Of a DNA stretch of 64,000 bases, positions 53,340 to 64,000 are shown piece after piece. The notes below the pieces were generated by a model. That model saw only the letters and a program-made list of their open reading frames with translations. It made no database searches and was not told the DNA's origin. Position 1 is the stretch's first letter. Each line of letters begins with the position of its first letter. Source of the DNA: Octopus vulgaris (Eukaryota); the NCBI GenBank assembly GCA_951406725.2, contig OX597829.1:28458001-28522000 (forward strand), given 5' to 3'. Position numbers and translations under genes: made by a program.

Positions 53340-53660
53340 CTCTGCAGACTTAAAAAATAATGAACAACCTTAATCGAGGTGTCTGCATCATTTCTGACAG
53401 TCTCCAGAGAAACAAGCAGCCAAACTGTTTATATACTCAACAAATATTTCTGAGATAGCCAAAGAAATATCATTATTGACAAATGTTCTGGGAAACCCGC
53501 AACCAGCAGAACTGAGAAAAACCCTAACCCTAACCCTAATCACCATCCATGAGTTATCAGAGGATGTGCAGATTAGTTACGGTTCAGTTCAGTCCATTAG
53601 CACTGAAGATTTAGGTATGATACACGTGTCTGCCAAGCTTGTGCCAAAACTGCGACCAAA
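53340..53660 (+). mobile_element. mariner transposase fragment
   Basis: TIHELSEDVQISYGSVQSISTEDLGMIHVSAKLVPKL. Confidence 0.75.
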
Positions 53661-54162
53661 AAATAACACTTGGGTGTAAGTTGACCTCAGTGGAATTTGA
53701 ACTCAGAATGTAAAGACAGATGAAATACCGCAAAGCATTTTGCCTGGTGTGCTAACATTTCTGCCAGCTTGCTGCCTTTTTTGTAAGTGATAATATTAAC
53801 AGCAGTAATATAGGCGATTCAACAGGTTTATATAGCTACAAAATTTAAAGTTAGCACACGGCATGAGGATGCAGAAACCACATCAACCTGTTTAGAAACA
53901 GGAGCTAAATTCCTAATTCAGCTGCCAGAAAGCACCATATAACAGAAAAACAACAGTACATAAGTATCTGAATGGTGAGTATCGGAATGGCATATTTTTT
54001 TAAAGGTATGCTTCTTTTAATGTCTTAATTCTTTATCCATTTTCTTGCCTTCACAGCATCTGTTTTCTGTTATTTGGTGCTTTCCAGTGGTTGAATTAGG
54101 GATTTAGTTCCTATTTCTAAACATGTTGATGTGGTTTCCGCATCCGTGTGCTAATTTTAAAT

Positions 54163-54199
<37 letters not shown>

Positions 54200-54203
<4 letters not shown>

Positions 54204-54470
54204 CATCATCGTTTAACGTCCGTTTTCCATGTTAGCATGGGTTGGACGTTTCGACCGGGGTCTGGGAAACTAGGAGGAAGCACCAGGCTCCAGTCTGATC
54301 TGGCAGTGTTTCTACAGCTGGATGCCCTTACTAATGCCAACCGCTCTGTGAGTGTAGTGGGTACTTTTTACGTACCACTGGCATGGGTATCACAACTACA
54401 ATTTTCATTTGATTTTTATTTTGATGTTGATGTTGATGTACTTGACTCAATAGGTCGCCTCAAGCACAGT
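54200..54470 (-). mobile_element. RTE 3' UTR fragment
   Basis: Reverse complement of 52600-52980. Confidence 0.88.
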
Positions 54471-55651
54471 GGGTCACCCTATGATCCAAGGTTGTCCTAC
54501 GATCCAACCATGGCCCCTCTGGTGGAACTCACAGACCCCATTTCTGACAGAACATGTGTACTCCCTCACATCCAGTCCTTCCCTACAACACAGCCTGGCT
54601 CATAACACCAAAGATTGGAACCAGGAAATAGATTCTCTTAACTGCTCAGGAGGTTTCTTTTAAGTAGTTTAACTAGTTGATCTGATTTGAAACAAGGCTA
54701 AATGTACAGAAAGTATGGTTGCCAAGGTAAGAAAGGGGTGCAAAAAATAGTGGGAGCTACTACCTTTGCTAATAGCAAAGAACTTCACCTTTTGAGTGAA
54801 AGGTAGATTGAATGATGTTACAGTGTTATGGTAGGGAGATCTGGGCCCCAAATGTGGAAGATTTGTAAAAGAAAGAAATGAAGTAATTATGATTTACTGG
54901 ATATTTGATGTCACAGTGCATAACTGGTTGAGTACAAATAACCTCAGAGAAAAACTGTGTATAAGAGGAATCAGATGTACTATGCAAGAGAGAAGACTGC
55001 ATTGATATGGGTATGTGATGGATGAGGGTAAAGACCCCCTTCGGTCATGAATGACCATAGGATTGCACCTAGAAAGTTTCCCTTCTAAGCACAAGTCCAG
55101 GCAAGGTTGTTTATATACCTTGGAAAACATCAGAGGCATGGGGAACCATGTCTCTGATGTTATCCAAGGGAAAAGCAAACGATGATACAGCTCAGCACCA
55201 GTGACATCACAACTCATTTCTACAGTTGAGTGAACTATGAAATAAATATGAAATAAAATGTGTTGCTCAAGTACACAGTCCAGTCTGGAAATCAAACTCA
55301 CAACCTCATGATTTTGTGCTCGATGCTCTAACCACTGAGCTATGTGCCTTGATAGCTGTATAAAACAGTACTGAGAGCTCAAAGTAAATAGTGCCTGTGG
55401 AAGAGAATGACCTTGGAAGGCATAAAATAAAGTGGTGAGAACTGATTTCACGATGTTGAATATGGTGCCATGGAAAAAAACATCAAGAACATTTGGTAAA
55501 GTGGCTGGCATTAGGAAGTGCATTTAGTCACAGAAACCAAGCCAAAGCAAGCACTGGAGCATAACACCATCCTTCACTTTGTCAGATCATTCTGAATTGT
55601 CCAACCCATACCAGCATTGAAGATGGGTGTTAAATGATGACATACATACAT

Positions 55652-56630
55652 AAACACCACTCTCTTCCTGATGATCTCCAATACAGCCCCAAAACAGCTG
55701 GGCTCTCTTACCTCAGAGAAGACCTGGATGGAAAGCACTCAGCATACGAAAAAAGACCATACATGGGTATGTTGCCCAGAGGCTTGAAGAAGAGCAGTTT
55801 CTCTTGGACACAAGACCACTTCATCACACACTTTGAAGGTTATACATTTGCAATCCAGGAACAGGGGATTGCCACAGAGTACCTTGTGAACAAGAGAGAC
55901 AGTGACACTCTTGTAATCCCAAGGTGCAACTGCATGTGTTGGCTATGTCATGTTTCTGTGGAACACATTATGTATGTGATTAGCAGCTGTCCTAAAATAT
56001 CATCATGGTACTACCTCCTTATGATTCACAATGTTGTTGCTAAAACAATTTACAATGCCATCTGCAAAAAAGACTGTCTTGAAATAAACTTAGAAAATTC
56101 CTCTGTTATAGAATACATTCATAAACACCAACTCAAAGAATACTGGTGGAATATTCCCATCAAAATTTCTGTCAAATGTAAGCACATCAAGCCGGATTTT
56201 GCTGTTTGGGACACAGGGGCAAAGGTATGTACCATCATAGAGGTTAGCTGCCCTGCAGACATAAATATTTCTTTGAAAATCAAAGAAAAAGGGGATATCT
56301 ATGGACAACTGCTTCAAAAGCTACAGCTTCTGTATCCAGACAAGGATTTCATATTCATACCAATAATAATTGGAGCACTAGGTTTTGTTAGTAAATGCTT
56401 AAAGGAGAATCTGGATAAAGTGGGATTTTCAGAATGAGATATTGACCAGCTGATTCATAAATTATAAGTCCAATGGAACAGTGGAACAGTAAAAATATGC
56501 AAGACTTTTCTCAAGTTCCAGATGTGAATTTGTCTGTGTTAACTACATCCTAAAGATGGAGCCTTGTATCTTTGTTGGAAACTGGGTCCCTCCTTAGTGG
56601 AAGATTTATAATAATTTAAAAATGGAAAAA
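55652..56630 (+). mobile_element. R4/Dong-like non-LTR element, CCHC plus restriction-like endonuclease region
   Basis: FAIQEQ, CWLC..E...V.SSC, HNVVAK, KPD..IIEVSCP..K..Y, IPIIIGALG. Confidence 0.9.
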
Positions 56631-56649
56631 ACATACATACATATATACA

Positions 56650-57302
56650 TAAAGCCATAACCACTCATAATAAAATGGAGTCCTGGTGAGATGATCCAGT
56701 GAAAACTTCAATAAAATATAAATATAATAGACCTGATGTAATAATTTTGGATAGAGAAGAGAAACTGTGTACAGTTGTGGAAATCAAGCTGCCCAGCAGA
56801 TGTTAACATAAAGATAAAGATCAGCAAAACAGAAAATACCTATGCTAAACTACCGAGAAATCTGCAGTTACGCTATCCAGATTACAAGTTCAGGTTTATA
56901 TCTGTAATTATTGGGGTCCTGGGATATGTAACACACTGCCTAAAAATTAATCTTGAGAAATTAGGCTTCTGAAAACCAGAACGGAGAAAACTGATTAAAA
57001 GATTACAGATCTAATCCATCACTGGAACTGTAAAAATCTGTAAAACCTTCCAGAAATTTATCATTTAAGTATATATATGAGCCTATCTAGATATGCAACT
57101 ATATGCATGAGAATACATACATACATGCATGTTTGCATGCATACATACATACATACATGCATGCATGTATGCAAACATACATACATGCATACATACATAC
57201 ATACATACATACATACCCTGCTGAAGTTGTTGAAATTCTAATAAAGGAGCCTTAGACTGGCTCTTTCTCAATTGACAAATCTTGAAATAAAACTGAATAA
57301 TG
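56650..57302 (+). mobile_element. second R4/Dong-like 3' fragment
   Basis: RPDVIILDREEK..SCPADVNI..YPDYKFRFISVIIGVLG. Confidence 0.85.
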
Positions 57303-57464
57303 ACATACATACGTACATACATACACACACACACACATACCTACATACATATATAAATACATACATACCTACCTACATACATACATAAAGACATACATAC
57401 ATACATACATACATACATACATACATACATACATACATACATACATACATACATACATACATAC

Positions 57465-57943
57465 ACCTAGGTATTAATGAACATATATCAAAGGTACTGT
57501 GGACAAAGATAGAATAACCAAAGAATATTTTACCAGACTAAAAAAGATATGGTTGTCAGAGTTTTTCTCTTAGAACATGACAATATACCACAATACATTT
57601 GCAGTACCAGTACTGATTCCAACATTTGGGATAGTTGACAGGTCTATAGAGGAAATCCGCTTCATGGGAATTAAAACCTACAAGATCCTGACACCAACTG
57701 CAAACTTCCATAGAAACAGTTATATTGACTGAAGAAAAGAGGGAGGAAGGGGCTTAAAATCAGTACAGACAGACTTTGTGTGCCATGTGTTATCATTCAC
57801 ACAGCATCTGCTAAACAACACCAAAAATAAAAAATATTAACCAACTGCTCAAAAATGAAGAGAACAACATCCTGCAAATTGGTAGTGAACTCCGCAAGAA
57901 ACACTCACTTCCTAATGACCTCCTTTATGAACCCAGTTAGCTG
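57465..57943 (+). mobile_element. R4/Dong-like RT-thumb fragment
   Basis: LGINE..EYFTRLKKIWLSE..NTFAVPVLIPTFGI..RKEGGRGLKS. Confidence 0.85.
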
Positions 57944-57964
57944 CCCCGGCAGATATGAACATGC

Positions 57965-58445
57965 AGACACAGGCTTGGCTGTGTGGTAAGAAGCTTGCTT
58001 TCTGACCACATGGTCCTGAGTTCAGTCTTGCTGTGTTCAGTCTCACATAGGGCGAGTGTGTTCTGCTGTAGCTTCAGGCCAACGAAAGACTTGTGAGTGG
58101 ATTTGGTAGACAGAAACTGAAAAAAGACCCATTGTGTGTGTGTGTGTGTGTGTGTGTCTGTGTGCATGCTTGTGTACATCTGCAGTGTGTGTGGACGCGC
58201 ACATTCACATATGTATGTGTGTGCGTGCATGCATACATGTGTGTGCATGAATGTGTGTGTATGTATGCACATGTGTGTGTGTGTGTTTGTCCCCCACCAC
58301 TGCTTGACAACCTGTGGTATGTTTAGACCCCGTAAACTTAGTGGTTTGACAAAAAGAGATCAATAGAATAAGTACCAAGCTTAAAAATAAAATAGGCTCT
58401 GGGGTTGATTCATTCAACCCAGTCTAATGACTGAAACATGTAAAA
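57965..58445 (+). mobile_element. SINE family A copy
   Basis: Similarity to 4067-4510. Confidence 0.8.
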
Positions 58446-59156
58446 TATATGAGATAAAAGACCTCTTCCAAAGCCAGCTCTCAGGGAAAATATCTATAGA
58501 CTACTGCTTCAAAACATGCAGCTCCTCTATCCTGATTATAAATTTACATACATATCAATAATTACTGAAGCACTTACTTATGTTAGTAAATGTTGAAGTG
58601 ATAATTTGGAAAAGCCAGGATTTTTCAAGCAAAGAAACACATACTTTACAGTTACAGTCTGTAAGTAGAATAGTAAAAATATGCAAGTCTTGTCTACAGT
58701 TCAATTAAAAACTAGCTCCACCTTTCTAAAAAGAATTTCAATTAATAAGAACAAAGTGAACATACATATGTACATACATATCATACATGTGTGTGTGTGT
58801 AGTGAAGAGCAATTCATTACAGCTATTCCACTTTTGAGAAGAGAAAGACTGAAGAAGAAGCAAAAAAAAAAAGGTAACACAAGGCCCAGCAACTCCAGCC
58901 AAGACCACTACCTGCCCTGTCATGTGATCAGTGTTTAAGATTGTCTAATTCCCGACTTGGTCTTCTGAACCATGTCAGGTTTAAGCATCATGGAAACACT
59001 AGATGAATAAAACTCAGACATGAGTGGTGTCAAAAACGACATCTATATATCTATGAATATATAGATGTGTGTGTATATAATAATAATAATAATAATGATA
59101 ATAATAATAATGATAATAATAATAATAATAAAGGGTAAAATTAATTAATTAATTAA

Positions 59157-60970
59157 TCTTCTATATATATAAAACTGTAGTTGTGTGAATGTCTGTCCCC
59201 TTCGATTTAGATTCCTAACTACTCCCACATTTTGTGGTGCAGTTTAACCAAATTCGGGTATCTTATAGTCGTGATTCATATCGAGCCTGTCTGGGTATTA
59301 GCGCGCGTCTACGATGAGTCTACGATTTTAAAAATAATTTAACATCATTTTTTATTCCATTTTAATGCATATTTTTTCGTGTGTCGATGGCGGCGGAGTT
59401 GGCGTCCACGCTCACAGCTGCACCTGTGTTGCTTCTCCCCCTTCTTCCCTCCATCATGAAGCTGTGGGGAAGGGAGTGTAAGGAAATCAACGTCGTAATG
59501 CGTTGTCAAGGAGACCAGCGTTCTTTTAGAACAACGACTTCATGGCTTGAAGTCGCCAAAACAGAAATCGCTAAAAAAGCTGAAACAGATCCACAAAAAC
59601 GGCAATTACCGCCACACAGGGCAGGTTTCCTGTGCAAACAATTTGCACAACTGAATGTTTTAGTTGTTGCACAAATCTATATATATAAAACTCTAGTTGT
59701 GTGAGTGTCTGTCCCCTTCGATTTAGATTCCTAACTCCTCCCACATTTTGCGGTGCAGTTTAACCAAATTCGGGTATCTTATAGTCGTGATTCATATCGA
59801 GCCCGTCTGACTATTATCGCGCGTCAACGATGAGTCTACAATTTTAAAAATAATTTAACATCATTTTTTATTCCATTTTAATGCATAAAATGCATCGTGT
59901 GTCGATGGCGGCGGAGTTGGCGTCCACGCTCACAGCTGCACCTGTTTGCTTCTCCCCCTTCCCTCCCTTGTGAAGCTGTGGGAAAGGGAGTGTAAAGAAA
60001 TCAACGTCGTAATGCGTTGTGAAGGAAACCAGCGTTCTTTTAGAACAACGACTTCATGGCTTGAAGACACCAAAACAAAAATGGCTAAGAAAGCCCGAAT
60101 TTATAAGGGAAGTAACTCTCTAAAAATGCTTATATAGTTATTTCCCTTACAAACCCGAGCAACGCCGGGCGATACTGCTAGTCGTTATATATAAAAGTAA
60201 GGTTGTGTGTCTGTCTCCTACGATTTAGATTCCTAACTACTCCCACATTTTGCGGTGCAGTGTAACCAAAACCGGGTATCTTATAGTCGTGATTCATATC
60301 GAGCCCTTCTGGGTATTAGCGCGCGTCTACGATGAGTCTACGATTTAAAAAAAAATTTACCATAATTTTTTATTCCATTTTAATGCATTTTTCGCTATTA
60401 TATAAGGGAAGTAACTCTCTAAAAATGTCTACGATGAGTCAACGATTTAAAAAAAATTACCATCATTTTTTATTCCATTTTAATGCATTTTTCGCTATTA
60501 TATAAGGGAAGTAACTCTCTAAAAATGTCTACAATGAGTCAACGATTTAAAAAAAATTACCATCATTTTTTATTCCATTTTTAATGCATTTTTTGCTATT
60601 TTTTTGCTATAACTCACTAAAAATGCTTATATAGTTATTTCCCTTACAAACCCGAGCAACGCCGGGCGATACTGCTAGTTATATATAAAATTGAAGTTGT
60701 GTGTGTGAGACTCTGTCTCCTCCGACTTAGATTCCTAACTACTCCCACATTTTGCGGTGCAGTTTAACCAAAAGCGGGTATCTTATAGTCGTCATTCATA
60801 TCGAGCCCTTCTGGGTATTAGCGCGCGTCTACGATTTAAAAAAAATTTACCATCATTTTTCCGCATTTTTAATGTTTTTTGCTCGGGTTATATAAGGGAA
60901 GTAACTCTCTAAAAATGCTTATATAGTTATTTCCCTTACAAACCCGAGCAACGCCGGGTGATACTGCTAG
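59157..60970 (+). mobile_element. non-autonomous Helitron tandem array, four units
   Basis: A|TC starts (59157, 59676); 3' hairpin CCCGAGCAACGCCGGG plus CTAG ends at 60181, 60678, 60970; followed by T; no TSD. Confidence 0.9.
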
Positions 60971-61214
60971 TAATTAATAATTTCACTAAGTCGTTTGGTA
61001 TTTTAAAAGAACCATTATCGGTAAACTTATACAAAAATTCTATAATTATGAATATAATTATAATTAGGGTTCAGCAAAATTTGCTTCACCAATTATCTGG
61101 GAGATATCTTATAGTAGTAGAATAGTAGTTTTTAACTGCTATTTCTAAATTTCAGTATGTGGTGAAACAAATTTTGCTAAACCCTAATTATAATTATAGA
61201 ATATATATATATAT

Positions 61215-62400
61215 ATATAAGGAGTAAATTTTCAAATGAATATTTATATAGATACTTTTATTGTTATTATTATCAGCGGTAAATTTAAATAATTGCTAAT
61301 AACAACAACAAAAATATAGGTGATGGCAAGTAATAACAGCATTAAATAGCTAGAGAATAAAATATTTATAATTATAATTAACTATAATTACAATAGAGAG
61401 CAAATGAGTTGCCTACTTGGTGGAAAGAGGAGCTAAATACTCAAGTAAACCACTGAATCACACTGAAATACACAATGGATTAACAGAAATCGGGCAAGTG
61501 AATAGAGATTATCAAAATCATCACAGATCAAAGAATGAAAAATTGGATATACTTGGATCATGATTTCAAGTTCTGGCTAGTGCCTCAACTCTCCTCGGCA
61601 AACATTACTATATGAAAAAATATATATCTGACTTTTCATTCTACAGCTTTGATCTGTGATGATTTTGATAGGTGCTTTTTACGTGCCACCGGTACGGGGG
61701 CCAGGCAAGCTGGCAACAGCCACGAACGGATGGTTCTTTTTACGTGCCACCTGCTGCCCTGACTGGCCTCGTGCCGGTGGCACGTAAAAAACACCATCAG
61801 TTTGTGGCCGTTGCCAGCCTTGCCTGGCACGTAAAAAGCACCCACTACACTCACGGAGTGGTTGGCGTTAGGAAGGGCATCCAGCCGTAGAAACATTGCC
61901 AGATCAGACTGGGCCTGGTGCAGCCTTCTGGCTTCCCAGACCCCAGTTGAACCGTCCAACCCATGCTAGCATGGAAAGCGGACGCTAAATGATGATGATG
62001 ATGATGATGATGATTTACTCACTTGTCTGATTTCTTATTTCTTTACTGCCCACAAGGGGCTAAACATAGAGGGGACAAACAAGGACAGACAAAGGGATTA
62101 AGTCGATAAAATCGACCCCAGTGCGTAACTGGTACTTAATTTATCGACCCCAAAAGGATGAAAGGCAAAATCGACCTTGGTGGAATTTGAACTCAGAACA
62201 TAACGGCAGACAAAATACTGCTAAGCATTTTGCCCGGCATGGTAACATTTCTGCCAGCTCACCGCCTTGTCTCATTTCTGTTGATCTGTTGTGTATTTCA
62301 GTGTAATTTGGTGGTTTACTTGAGGATTTAGCTCCTCTTTCCAGTAAGTAGGCGCCTTGTGTGCCCTCTATTATAATTATAGTTAATCATAATTATACAT
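61215..62400. mobile_element. inverted PLE-type remnant interrupted by an RTE tail (61670-62012) and SINE B (62033-62268); arm also at 47890-48150
   Basis: 61370-61545 is mirrored by 61632-61670, 62013-62035 and 62275-62396. Confidence 0.75.
61551..61603 (-). ncRNA. type I hammerhead motif, U4C core
   Basis: GTTTG-CCGAGGA-GAGTT(14 nt)AACTT-GAAA-TCATGA-TC-CAAGT. Confidence 0.65.
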
Positions 62401-62401
62401 G

Positions 62402-62447
<46 letters not shown>

Positions 62448-63530
62448 GAAGATCAAGAGAAAATGGGGAAGTGTTGCTTTTTATGCGTGTGATTTGAGGG
62501 AGAAAATGCTTGAGCCAGGCAGGCCTGGTCAGCCAACAGAAAACTTACAGGAATCAACCTTTTGTAAATTGTGATACAGCTATTGTTCACAAAAGAACAT
62601 ATGCAACTTGTGGAAAGGTGTGCCTTTCAGTTGGAGGATGGAAAAGGCATGTCAAAAGACTTCATACTTTGGCACCTGTTCCCTCTGCCAGTCAAGTGCC
62701 CACGCACAAACACGCATGTATCATGACTGTCATGATCATAATAATCATGTTCAGCATCATTTAAAGTCTATTGTCCGTGCTGTAATGGCATGGACAGTTT
62801 GACCAGAGTTGGCAAGCAGGGAGCTGCACCTGACTCTGTTCTGATTTGGCATGGATTCTACAGCTGGATGTCTCTATGGCTGGATGCCTTTTCCAACTAA
62901 CCACTTACAGAGTATGCTGGGTGCTTTTATATTCTACCACATGGGTGTGTTTATGTGGCACCACACAAGCACTTTTACATGATACCGCAGAGACACTTTT
63001 ATGTGGCACTTCCACAAGTGCTCTACATCACCTGAGGGACTCGTCTTAACATTTTTGCTGCGGATTACAAGTCTTCTTGAGTACAAGGTACCAGGCCTCT
63101 TGGTCCTTTGTCATTTCACCTGAAAGGTTCAGTTCCTGAAAATATATTACACATGTTTGTGTGCTTGTGTGCACACACACACATACACATGCACATGCAC
63201 ACACACACATGCACACATGCGTGCGCACATGTGTGCATGCACACAGAGGCATGTAGCTGACAGGCCTCTTGCAGTATCTGTTTTACAAATGCAGTTACAA
63301 AGTTTTGATTGGTCTTAAGTTATAACAAAAGGTACTCACCTAATGAGACTGAACTCCCAGTGAAACTGAACTGAAAAACTATGTAATTGAGAAGATGAAT
63401 ATTTATATAGCAACAGTAACTATTACCATGACTATATAAGGTATTGTTATATAATTAAAGGGAGATTATATTTACTGTATTACACTAGTTTGTAAGTGAA
63501 TTTATTTTAAAATCAAACAAAATTCAAATT

Positions 63531-63796
63531 CTGTTGTGTCTGGGGAGAGTCATTTTTTTTTTGTACCTTATGATTTAACACACTCACCGGTAAAATTTCC
63601 ACTTATTTCTTATTTTTATTTTCTTAAAATTTTCGTTGTATTTTGCAACTTTTTCAATAGTCAAGACTATTGAAAAGGTTGCAAGACGTAACGAAAATTT
63701 CATGAAAATAAAAATAAGGAATAAGTGGAAATTTTACTGGTGAGTGTGTTAAATCATAAGATACAAAAAGAAAATTACTCTCCCCAGACACAACAG
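63531..63796. mobile_element. 266 bp foldback (probable PLE terminal remnant)
   Basis: Palindrome centred on AATAGTCAAGACTATT. Confidence 0.75.
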
Positions 63797-64000
63797 TATA
63801 TGCTTCAACACACGAACTCATATAAAAAATCTTGCAAACCAAATCCAAAAACGAAAATTCAAATTAATATAACTGCTTCAAACTTCTCAATAAAACTCTT
63901 TTCTTTTTCTCCTTTTTTAATTTCATTTGAGTCATTAAATTTACAAAATTGAATCATTAAAAAATTTATTACAGTATGTCTCCAAATGTCTTCACCAACA

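Noticed and set aside
53520-53540. (CCCTAA)3 telomeric repeat
   Set aside because: Only three units inside a mariner fossil; too short to call an interstitial telomere.
56545-56595. CTAAAGA..GAAAC hammerhead-like words in the R4-like 3' UTR (also 25265-25305)
   Set aside because: Core not conserved between copies and no helix I; better explained as an ordinary 3' UTR stem-loop.

Overview
Eukaryotic, AT-rich, repeat-saturated genomic DNA, most likely from an octopus (inferred from the tRNA-headed SINE families, RTE tails and dense TA/CA/CATA microsatellites). No intact host protein-coding gene could be identified; most ORFs in the supplied track are microsatellite artefacts. The recognisable content is transposon debris: several Penelope-like element (PLE) families as foldback/inverted structures in (TA)n, RTE, Tx1/L1 and R4/Dong-like LINE remnants, nested Gypsy elements, mariner fossils, MITEs, a Helitron tandem array and many SINEs. 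Two things stand out: (1) a set of minimal hammerhead-ribozyme motifs in unrelated PLE-type termini whose catalytic core covaries at the 3-8 pair (C-G, U-A, A-U) or carries U4C; (2) a CpG-retaining island (~31.9-38.4 kb) ending in a heat-shock-element/TATA/Inr promoter with a structured RNA starting at the predicted +1. All alignments and folds were done by eye; repeat boundaries are approximate.
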